Below are positions 35,509 through 48,200 of a stretch of 64,000 nucleotides of DNA, one piece after another. The notes under the pieces were generated by a model. It did not search any database and was not told where the DNA came from. It was given only the letters and a program-made list of their open reading frames with translations. Source of the DNA: Owenia fusiformis. Lineage: Eukaryota. The first letter of the stretch is position 1. Each line of letters opens with the position of its first letter. The DNA lies in the NCBI GenBank assembly GCA_903813345.2, contig CAIIXF020000001.1, positions 9,734,001-9,798,000 on the forward strand, given 5' to 3'. Made by a program: the position numbers and the translations under genes.

Positions 35509-36059
35509 TAAACTAAACTCTCTCACAGATATAACAATCTAATTAATCATCATTCATCTAAGCTCATAACAATTGTATACATATAATCTAAATGTCATTG
35601 ATTTCAGTCATTAAACTGCTGCTTGAAGGTTATCACAGCATTATATTGCACAGCATTAATTTGTTGGGAGGATTTAACTGCAACTAACACAGCATCGCAA
35701 TGGTTCTGATTGCAAGGAAATCATGAGGAGATTTGAGTGCCTAGAATTGCCACAGCATCCTAGGTTTTCCCATTGATAGAGGTTTGTTATTATAACAAAG
35801 AGACGAGAGCTTTGTCTGCTGAGTAAGAGATATGTACTGTATCAGTTACTGATTCTAACGATCAAACAATTTCAAAGAATCAAAGAATTTTGACATCTCT
35901 GGTATTACACTGCAATGGAATAATAATTCTTGATGGATACCAGATTGTTTTTGTTTTAGTCAAATCAATGAAATCACCCTTCACTCAATACCACTCCCAC
36001 TTAATAGGTAATAGAAACAGTGTTACCCTTCTTTTACCATAACCACTATGGCTAGAGTA

Positions 36060-36222
36060 CAGTAAAACCTGTATATCCAAACACCTCTCTAATTTGAACA
36101 TCTCTTGATGTGGACAGATTTTTTGGTCCATTTTTTAATCTGCTATGGACTTTTATGTTAAAAACCCAATCTGCACACTTTTGGTTGTTTCAAGTGGTAT
36201 TTGGATTCAATAGGTTTTACTG
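36060..36222. mobile_element. TA-flanked CAGTAAAAC MITE (Tc1/pogo-like), representative copy
   Basis: TA|CAGTAAAACCT...AGGTTTTACTG|TA. Relatives at 31531-31694 and 43980-44330, and degraded near 17052-17192 and 50246. Confidence 0.75.
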
Positions 36223-39200
36223 TACAGGTATTTAATTACCCTGTTTGTAATAGATGTTGCAGCGATTTAATACACATATCAAGGTAATTGAATCATCAAT
36301 ATTGAAAGACAGGTAACATTGTTTCTGAAATAAAATCAGTTAATTATTTAACTCTGATTCACTCTTCATAGAAAGTCTTAGTTCAGAAGGTTAAGATTTC
36401 TCAATTTCAAAGAAAACTGAACAAAATTCTCAATTTTATCCGTGTTACAGTTTTAACTAAATGTAGGAACACCTTCATAAACAGGATCCCACACACAAGG
36501 AATGATTTCTCAGAGAATATAATACAAAATAGAATAAAAGGATTCTGTAGATTCCGGAATTTAAATCCCATTGGATTGAATCAATAAAAATAGTACGAAC
36601 TAATAACAATGTTTTTCACTCATTTTTCACAAGATATAAAAAACATTGTTTCCAATGTTTCTTGTCATGGAATGTGATTGATTTGTACCTAATAATGCCC
36701 CAAGTATTATTAATAACAATAATCATGTCTTAAAGACTTCCTATATTTTCATAAGCAATTTCTATTATACTGAGCTACTCATTGTCAATGTCCAATGTAT
36801 GTTATTCAACACAGGTTAAAATAACTCATATTACATGTGTAATAATAAAGCTATCGACTAGAGAATGTCTTCGAAAACAACCCTTGCTATTTGAATTAGT
36901 CTGACGTGAAATATTATAGAATTCATTGCAATAGAGACCTCTGTACGTGCCAAGTAGTCAATTAGACATATGTGTACACAGCTTGTGTGTATTTCATATA
37001 CAGAAGCAGACAGCAAGGGTCGTGGTGGCAACATACATGTTAAATTAGGGCTTGCCAAGGTTACATACACAAATAGCAAAAGAAACCACGACAAGAGTGA
37101 TATTGGAAAACGTTGCATCTAATTATTTAGTGTATTGACAGTCCATCAAAACTGTAATCTACAATCAATAGCCAGCTTTTAGTTTTGACTTGAATTCCTT
37201 ACAGACTACAGTGGCCTTTAATTGAACGTGATACATAGATCTGCTCAGATATTTGATTTGCTATTAGGATAAAGCAATAACTACTAAAATTGCGGAATAT
37301 CCTAGAACTATAAATTAGGAGGTGAATTAGACATTAAAATCTACATGAAAAATGATCTTAGTTTATGTGTGAGGTTAACATGACCAAAGTGAAACTTCAT
37401 GCACAAATATCAATCTTCTCCCACCCATAGTATCTAGAAACGAGATGATGTCATTTGAATTATTTCCACGATTTTCAATCAATGAATTTCGAAACCAAAA
37501 ATGATCTCCATGACTTGCATACAGAAAAAGAAGTTTTCATGATTGTTGTGATATATATGAACACTGTATAGAAATATTGCAAAATAATGTTAAATGTCTT
37601 ATAAATATTCCAACAAAAATGTCCTAAACCCCAAACTCTCAATACAGTGGCAGTTTTTAACATACCACTGTAGTATGAAGACTACCCCTGCCACTGTGGT
37701 ATGCCAAAAGCCCAATTATGCGGATAATTCATGGACATATATATTATATGAATTAATTCATTTTCCATGATTGCTATCAACTTCTGCAGTTGATACCAAA
37801 TTATGAAAAATGGTTAATTCTTTTACTCACAAATTCAACATGATTCCATAAATAAATCAAGTAAAAATGTATAACAAAGTATGTGAATACATGAAGACGA
37901 TGTGAAGATATTCCAAGTTTTCAGATCATACATTCATTATAAGTTGCTCTATCAGATTATATTGATGCCCAGTAATTAAATACTGTAAAGCTGAGATGTG
38001 CGTGTAATGCAAGAAAGCCAATGATATTGCAGACATTTCAGATAATGTAGAACTATTTGCACAAGTCTATTGTGGAATAGTAATGCCAATAATCCAATAT
38101 GGGGATTCAAACACATTTTCTCTATGTACTTTCCTATTTGCTCTTGCCAATGTCAAACTACAGCCTTCATAAATCGTGGGAAGAAAATTATGAGTTTCTC
38201 ATCCTATATCAAAATGATGATCCCTCTATAAGAGATTAAGGCTTGGAGTGCTAAGGCAAGACCTTTTGAGAATATTTAGGTGGCCCACATGGTACAACAC
38301 ATGTACATATATGTCTACAATATCAATGGCCACTCCCCCATATTTGATACCATAGTGGTTATGCTTAGCTTTAGAGTGATACATGGTTAAGCTTTAGAAT
38401 GATACATGTAAATGACAGAAGAGATCTTAAGACCTTTTAGAGTACAGCTGTTTAACTCATTGCTATTATCTTGACTAACACGCTCTCGTTCGAGATTGAA
38501 ATTAGGTTGATCAAAACCACCATGTTACCAGGGGGAGATTTTATGTGCTAAAGCTGTAGCTAAGCTATTTACATATCAACCTGGAATGCCTTCTTTACAC
38601 AGCCATAATATACTACATCATTCATAATATTATAATTATTTCAATCTCCTACTATGTACAATATGTTCTTCTATATACGGGGCTAGTCAGTATACATATA
38701 CACTATGCACAAGTTATATTTATTCATTAAATTAACCTACTACTCTAGGGAGGAATAAATACCTACGTCCTCGCATTTCTACCGTTTCATCAACTGAATC
38801 CTGATGTTGATGCGTTCATGAGTTTGCTAATTACACTACCAAATATCAATACTGCTTGCAATTAAAGCAACAATTAACATTCAGCTTTAGAGAAACATGA
38901 AAAGTGTGCAATGTTAAAGTGTAAGTTAGTACGAATGAAGCAATATTCCTCTTAGCTCACTCAGCTGTTAGCTATATATTGGGGTCCAGGATCAGGGGTC
39001 CGTTGATAAAACAGCAGAATGGTCTCTATGGTCCTTTTATGTGTTGTCATAGTAACCCACACATTGTGCACATGTTCTGTGAATGTTCATCTCCAATACA
39101 AATTGTACACTCATCCAAAGTGCTAAATCGCTAGTCGTTATAGAGACTATGTTTAAGAGTAGGTAACATCTACAATCAGTGCCATCTTTTAGTTAGTTCT

Positions 39201-39229
39201 AGAGTGATGTCTTATGGCTTGAAGGGATG

Positions 39230-42200
39230 TTAACACTGACATTGCTGGTTCTGTTGATTTGGGTTTTCAGTAAGACGCGTTGTTTTATTTGCACTATTCA
39301 CCGCTGTTGGGTCGGAATCTAAGCTTTCGGACATCTTGTCACAAATGATATCTACGAGTCGCTCGAATACGGCTTTTACATTGATGTTTTCTTTGGCTGA
39401 TGTCTCAAAAAATTCTAAACCTGAAAAATATACTGCACAGAGTTAAGATCCTGAAAATTAGTGGAAAATGCTGATGTGTATATCTATAGTACTATTTTAT
39501 ATTTTAAAATGCATGCCATGATAAGTGCTGCTATTAAATTCAACCAAAAGCATGAGCTACACTAATATATTCTAAGCAAAAGTTGAGCTTTGTGAATAAA
39601 AATGTGAAAAACTATAAACAAATAGATCTATTATATTAAAATGGTATGTGTATAAAAACAAAGCTTTTAATAATCCAAAGCATCTATATTATATGTATAA
39701 TTATATGTACAGTGTCATATCAAAAATAGATCTAGTAAAATCTAGGCATTTAATACTAATTTTGTAAATAAAAATGTTCAACAGTGAATGTTAGTTACAA
39801 AAAAACATTGTTGCTGAGAATTCACGGATTCTACGATCACTTGTGTGTTGATTTATCGCAAACCAAGCATTTGATTTGGCTTAAATTACATTAACATTGA
39901 TTTTTGCATTGCGTGAACCCCTTCAGAGTATGAGCAATATATCACAATGCCAAACGGTCTGAGGGAAATCGCAAGATTTTCCAATAAGTGTAAAGCAGGG
40001 TATCTTATTTGAGACTTAGTTTCCAGGAAATACTTTATTGATTTTGTAGATGGTGTTGTATTTGCCATTGATATTTGATAGAGTGAAACGGGGGCTATTC
40101 TCATGTTAAACCAATCGCATGTTACAATGTTATTGTGAGGCTAACCAATTCAAATATACTTGTACAATTATAGGTAATCTTGAAGACATATTATAAGATG
40201 GCTCAATAAAATGCGAGATGTGCCCAGGGGGTACGAGAAAAAACAAAGAACAATTGCAAATCCTATGTTGAGTTATTGACCAACAATCCATGATCAATCA
40301 AAAATTTCTACACCACTCTATAATTACAATTGTGCAACTTAGAATGCATGGTACTAAAAAAATCAATTTGAGGATCTTATACTGAGCCAGCGTATATGTC
40401 TTCAGTCTTACCCACAAAGACAGGCAAACAGCCAAACGTGTACAGTATAACAACATAATACAAAGGGTGCTCTTCCGCGTGGGTATCAAGCAAAAAGGTT
40501 ATAAAACAAAAGAAACTATGTTTACACATTGAGCAGTACTTGGAAGTCTGATAAGGGTGACAGATTACCAATATCCTCACTATTACAGTTTACAGAATTC
40601 ATATATTATGCCAGAAAACAGATAAAATAATCCGAAAATATCAAAAGAACTTTAGTCCCTATCCCAAATGAGAAAAGCCAAGCCATTATATATGACGATT
40701 TCTATTGGAATGTACTCATAGATCAATAATATGTACTATGCACTATGTGTTTCTGTAAATTATTTATCAATGTACAGTGCTAAGAATAAGGAATCAATAA
40801 CGAAATCAATTATTTAGGCGAAGTCGATATGCAGATCCAGTATAAAATAGGTTAATGGTGATTCCTCTATGGTTAATTCTTTAAATTTTTTTAATGGATA
40901 TAAAATATTTGATAAATAAGATACAATGCCCGCTTGATATTGATCTGATTTACCAGAAACTTGTCAATAAGCAGAATTGGACTGGTATTATCAATTAGAA
41001 AATGCAAGTAGATCTCATCTTCGTTCACTCGACTCCCGTCTGAACGCTGTGAAGACCGAGTGTGCGAAGATGAGTAGATCTACCATAAATAAAATTGATG
41101 CACAAACATCATAATATATGTATACAAAAAATTCTTCAAAGATTCATGTGATTGTAAATGTTTTCTTAATATGACTTCGGAAATAAAAGAAAAAAAATAT
41201 ATATATAAAAAATTATTGGTTAATTTGATGAGCACATTCCAGTACAAGAGGTGATTTTTTTAGAAACATTGCTCTAGGATCAATTTTTGTGTTATAGTAA
41301 CAAAAAATTGAACAAAATCATAACTAAATGAGAGAATTGATTTACTAAATGAATGGATTTGTCAATCTATTCACTCATGACAAAAATGAAAAAAGTGCAT
41401 TTTTGTAAAATATCACCCAAGATATCCTAGCACAACTGATGTGATGAAACATATAAAGGATCCACAGATTAAACATTTACAGCACACAATTTTTTTTCCT
41501 ATTAGCTGATAGATTGTGATCGTCAAATAATGTCATTCTGACACAAGCAAGAGCGTAAAGATCTGAGGAATATAAATCAGCAAATAAACGGTCTATTCTA
41601 CTTGGAACATTTTAATCTTGCCATGTAATTTTGGGATTACATTCTGTCTAATGTATGTGCTGTAAATGTGAAATCTGCTTTGAAGTAATAGGCCTTAAAG
41701 CTAGTTAGAAAATTAGATAAGCATCAAGGAGGCATGTAAAGTCGTTTAAAGGAAACCAGTATAACCTAGAATGCAGGCTCAAATACAGTATATAATGGAA
41801 AAGAAACAATTTGGCCATTTCTATTGAATATGAGTCTCGTATCGTCTCAATCTCTTCCAAAATATGCCCAAAAAATCATAATTTGCAAATACTCCATTGC
41901 AAGAAAAACTGCTTTCATATCAAGTTACTGATATTCTAATTTTGAAATCGCTAATTTTGAAATATGAAGCTCTCATTGGTACAGATGCTGACTTCTCGGA
42001 GGAAAAAGATTTAACAAACAACTGTGCTGGAATCTCAACACAATAGGAGAAAAACATGAGGATGCCATCGAGGTTATAGGTGTGAAGATTAATGAAGACG
42101 CACAATGTCGCCACTTACCTAATTGGTCTGCTAATTGTTTACCCCTCTCAGTGGATACAACTCTTTCATCTTCTAGATCACATTTGTTACCAACTAACAC

Positions 42201-45200
42201 CACCTGTGCATTATCCCAAGAATATGTCTTGATTTGTGTACACCTAGAAACAATACAGAAATAGAGGATGCAGGGGTGACATACATATAGACATCCTACC
42301 TAGCTGGCTGGCCAGTTGTTTACCGCGCGCTGTCGTGACAACACGGTCCTCTTCACAATCACATTTGTTGCCGACTAGTAGCACCATGGCGCTCTCCCAG
42401 GCATACATCTGGATCTGGGTACACCTGAAACACCAACCCAAGCCTGTGCAAGCTGCACCAAGGATATGCAAGCTGCACCAAGAGTGTGCAAGCTGCACCT
42501 GTAAGCTGCATGGAGAGTGTCCACCCAATAGGATAAATAGAGGATCACACAGTACAGTGTCCAAAGGTCACAATGTTTGACAAAGCAAGACTTAAACACA
42601 GGACCAGTAAGTTTATTTTACAAGTTCTGATGAGGATATTTCATCTTTTGTTTTCCTTAGTAAGTTTCCAATGATCTCATGGAACCAATATTGAATTCCA
42701 TGAATCATGAGCTACATATTACTGAAGAAGTAGCATATGATTTCTGTGGCTGTTATCTGGTAGATCAATGATGGGTATAAATGATCTGACATTGAATCAG
42801 ATATCAAACGTTCATTTTGTTGCAATATGAAGCCCTTGGGAAATATACACACTGTACAAATCATATAACTTCACAAGCACAACACAACTTGAACAATGGA
42901 ACAAAACATGCTTCAACGACTGAACATAGGAGGGTACGGGTGGACACGTCCTTGCAGCTTACATTGAAGAAATAATCCTTACACCTGAAAGCCCAGTAGT
43001 AGATTCCTCCACCAGGATAAATAAGCACAGAGTGCTGAAAGATGGCTATTTGATGAGTTTATACCTAATCTATCTGCTAAATCTTGTCCCTGTTTCGTTG
43101 GAACAGCCCTATATTCAGCTTGGTCAGTTTTATTTCCCACAAGTATAACACTGGCATTGTCCCAGGCGTGAGTTTCAATCTGAGAGCTCCTGTTAAGTCA
43201 AAAGCGCATGCAAAAAGATACCACAACATCTTTGAGGGTGCATGTTAAAACAGTATCAAATTTAAAGACCCCATGTAAGGTAAAACGTCATACCAATGCA
43301 TTGCATACATCACATCCAACTCTGTTGTATATTGAAAGAATTAAAAATGGTTGAAAATGAGAAATTAACTCATAATAAGATAGAAAAGATATTTTTTTTA
43401 AATTTTTGTCTTTATTGTGAAACCAAAAGTACAGAAAATATTTAAAACTTGATAGAAAACTCTTTAAAAATTCTGTAACATTTAACGTATGCATAAAAAA
43501 TTGATTAAATAGTATAACATTTACTGTCATTTCTAAGTCATCACAAAAAATATTATGATAATTTAACTTCATTTTCAAACTTTACATGAGGCCTTTGATA
43601 AATTGACATTTTTTACACTGAAGTCTGTATAATTGTTGGTTTAAGTATTAATTTAGAAAAAAATGTTTAGCTAAGCTTTTCATGAGATGCTGTGAAGCCA
43701 TGCATGATTCCCAGCATGACCATTTTAAAGATGACCATAAAACATTCATCAATAATTAGGAGTTCAATGTACTCCCTCAATGTTATTTTTCATGAAGCGT
43801 GACATATGTATAGTGTATATAGATATTAGAACCAGAGTACTAGAATCTGCCAGTGTTTTTAATAAGAGTTAGATTTATCCTCATTGTTATTTAAATTACG
43901 CTGTAAAATTAATAATAAGCATGTATGTTACAGCGTTTATTTCACTGTTGTATGTCTCTAGTATGAAATTGCAAATGTACAGTAAAACGTGTATATGTAA
44001 ACACCTCTCTAATACCTAAACAAATAGCTTCAATATGAAGACTTTACAGGGTGTCAAATAAATATGTTTCTCTAGTTTTAATGTGCCAAAGAACAATTCA
44101 GATATCATGCAGACAAAACAGTTCTGCAACATTGTGGATGTTAAAGCTAAGGGAGAGAACGTATTTATTTGACACCATGTATATGTCAGAATCACACTTT
44201 AATGTGACCACCTTCATATATGAGCAATGCATATTCTGCTGATTTGAAAGATGTACTTTAAAATATAAAACTTTGAGAACAAGCTTTTGATGAAAAGTAC
44301 AGTGGCATTCACTATGAACATGTTTTACTGTATACTGAATGTTACATGTATGATAAAATAAATTGAAGCAAATATTGATTGAATATATGAGTCAGAATCA
44401 TACATAAACATGATAAGGCCTTGATCATTTACAAAATGAAACTTCAATCATTAATTTCTTGTTATTACAGTTATCTGTAAATGCACTGTACATATATGTT
44501 TCTGTATCAATTAAACTTGAGGCAATCCAATTATCTCTCTCAAATTTGTAAGACATATTCACTTTTCTCTCACATTAGTAAACATGTATGGGGGAGAAAC
44601 GAGTAGTATATACTCTGATGAAAACACGGTGCCCAAGTAAAGCTGCGCGCCTACTTAGGCGCGCAGTTTGTTTCGATCACAAACTGCGTGCCTAAGAACA
44701 TTGGATCATTTAAGTTGGAGTCTGTATTTTGAAACGTTATTTAAAGACATTTATCCTGCATTGTTTTCTTGTTCAATGCGCTCATTCTGTGGCGAATATA
44801 CGAATCTTGCAAATACTAGCAAAAACTGTGTGCAAATGAATCTTAGTTTTAAAACATAAGCAGATTAATGGCATTTTCGTCACTGATTTAATTTATACGT
44901 AAATCGATGTAGCACTTTAAACATAAATGACAAATACTTTAGACTCGTTTTTTATTTAATTCCTTACACATTTATCATGTTTAATTCAAAATATTTCGAG
45001 ATAAAACAGATAATCAGGAGATTAAAAAGAAATAATAAACCACAAACTGCGCGCCTATTTTAGCCAGAAATTACAATCTGTGCGCATACACTATTAAAAC
45101 TACATAATCATTGGAATTTCTACAGAGGTACGTGTAGGTGTTTTCGATGTAGCTTTGGAAATTTTGCTTTATGGTCAGATTTTATGAGATTTTCATATTG

Positions 45201-48200
45201 AAAGTCAAAATGTATAATAGAAGTGACAATTAAGTTGGGAACAAAAAAAAACGTTTATTTTCAGATCACCATCTTGGTGGATGGACTCTCATAGTGTTTC
45301 AATTATGGGGTTCTACTATTAGACACATATGTGCCTTGTATGGCGCTTATGTTTTCTAATAATACAAAACAAGCTTGGATAGGCAAGCAGTTTTGAAATA
45401 TTAGGCACTCAGTTTGGGAAATACGAGGGTTGTCCCAGAAGTAATGCACTATATGCTCTAACTTTATCAATAATTGATATTTTTCCATGAAATTTTCAGA
45501 AAATGTTCCTTAGAGACATTTTGATTATTCTAAAAATTTTCATGTTGACTGATAAAACTATATTGATGTTATAATAAAATCAAGTTGGTGAGTTTGGGTA
45601 GGGCGGGGCAGGTTATACAGTCACGTCAAAAGGAATAAAAAATTGAAAATATGAAATAATTAATCAACAAATACCATTTGGTGTAGCTATAAGAAGTATG
45701 CTCAAAAATACATTTTAAGATACTAAATTACTATGAGCACATCCTAGATTTAATGGATGTATATTGCACAGTGTCCCATTTCACATTTTCTCAAAATATT
45801 GCCCTTTGCATGTTATGTACTTTTGATGCCTGTCAGGTCAAACACTCTCGGCAATTTCTTCCACTGTGACTTGTGGAGTTTTTGCCTCCCATGTTTGGAG
45901 TTGTCATACAGGATCAAATCGTCTCTTTTAAATCTCTTCTGCCACCCCATAATTGTAGTTCTATCTGGTATATACTCCTTATATACTTTCTTCATGGTAG
46001 CATTAGTTTTGCGTGACTGTGAGTCCAAGTGAAGTATGCAATTAGGCCATCAAATGCAAGGCCTTCTGTTATCAGGTGAGAATTTCAGCCATTTTTGCAA
46101 TAACTTGACTGCGACTGTATTTGAATTCGTGACTATTGAAATGTGGTATTATGACATCACAGTGCTAAATGTCATTATTCGTACTTGGTTAACATCATGC
46201 TGAATAAATTTAACAATTTCCCAAACATTTTGACCATTTAAAGGAAAGAAATATTAATAAAATAACACTTTAGATCTTTCCATAATTAGAAAAATTGGTA
46301 CCTGCCCCGCCCACCCCTACCTCCATGTTGTTATAGCAACCATATTAAGACTTAATATTAATGTTGGATGCTGAAACTTCAGGATATAATAGATAAAACT
46401 TCAATTGTTATATACACAAAATTTCAGCTGAATTGAAGAATATTAAAGAAAGTTAGAGCATATAGTGCATTACTTCTGGGACAACCCTCGTACATGTGAA
46501 TATAGGCGCGCAGTTTGACAAGAAACATGTTTAAATCACGTTTATGGCGTATTATCGTTTTGAACACAAACTTTGCTGTTTTAATCAGATGGAGTGATCC
46601 TATATATTCTAGCATACACAGACACAATGGCTAAATAAACATTGAGTACTATGAGTAAATTAAGTTCATCTTTACAGAATGGTACTATCTTTAGAACGAG
46701 ACTAACCTTGTATTTTTCGTATTTTGGCTCTTTTTGGGAGTCGTGTCCTCCCCGTCTCACATTTTGAAATATGCGCGCAGTTTGTCAGAGTTTCAAACTG
46801 CGTGCCTAGTAGGCACGCTGCTTGACATGGGCATCGTGGAAAAGGTCCATAGTAATCTTCCATCCAAGATTACGTCATGAAATGTATCATCATTATAAAG
46901 CAATTGACAATATGGCGTACTTTACTTTATTGTCATTTTATCATAGAATTTGAGCTGAGGTGAGAAAAAAATTACCATTCATTCATTTATTCCCAAGGGG
47001 CATGAAATAGAAATAGTCACGGAGGAACTTACGACATCCAAGCTTAGCGTTGGTGGAATAATCATTTAGCCTGGGAGTGAGTGATATACAATATTAGAAG
47101 ATATTGGGCAATAAAAATGCTACAAGGAGTTTTTTCTAATTTATACCGCAGTAAATCATACAAATATTCCCAGTCTGCCTGAGATAAATCTGAATCATTT
47201 GAGTTCAATCTAAATAATTTTGGCCCAATTTGAATGTCTTGATCTCAATGTAGAATGACTTGAAGTTGCATATTTTAACTGAATGACCAGAGCTCAAGCT
47301 GAATGATCTAACCTCCTTAATTTAAAGCCTGTCACATTTGCTTTATGGTGGCTGTACCTTCTTGGATTACTAAGTTTTCATTTGACTGAAAATCAAACTG
47401 GTAAGTGAATATGGGTCTTATGAATTGAATTGAATCACTATATTTCATGCTGGATATTTCTCTCGATTTTGGGAAGCTACAGACGCAGTACATTTGCCAT
47501 AGATCAAATGTGACTGAGGCATTAATGACATCTCATCGTGAGCTGACCTAAGACCAACTGGTTTGAACTCCGCCTGAATATAGTGAAATGTCTTTAGACG
47601 ACTCAGATCCAACTATGTTACCTAAATGACTTTAACCTCAATCTAAAATACTTGAGTTCAGTTTGAATAACCAAGTTCAATATGAATAATTCAAATCCAA
47701 TGTGTTCAATCAGAATTACTTGATCATTCAATGTGAATAACCGGAGTTCCATGTGAATAACAATTTTCCATCTGAATAACATAATTGCTCCATGTCAATA
47801 ACTGGAGCGCTCGTTGAAAGATACGAGCATGAACGAAAAAGCGAATTCCCACACATACAATATACAATTACACTATAGCACTCTTCTTATTATCTAGAAA
47901 CTCAATCAATGAAATGAGCAATTTCTGAGGTTGTACTAACCAATAGATATGAAGTATGCATTGGGCGGAATAGGCTGTTATCATTAATGAACAATGAGTT
48001 ATAGGCTACTTCATTAGGTATCCGCTTCAAATAACAAAATGTCATTACCCAAGATTGCAACATTTTTCTGCTGACTCGGAGTATCAAGTATGTTGAAAGA
48101 AATGGATGGTTGTATCTCTCTAGGGTTGGGAACTTGATCTGATGTGCTTAAATATTGATGGTTTTGTTTTTCATATTCATGAAAGTCAGATGGATAGAGT

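Noticed and set aside
35182-35516. Cys/Tyr-rich ORFs
   Set aside because: Translation of the (ACTGT)n microsatellite.
42244-42564. Separate second Rab gene or processed pseudogene
   Set aside because: Homology covers exactly one exon with the same splice phases, and no other duplicated Rab exons were found.
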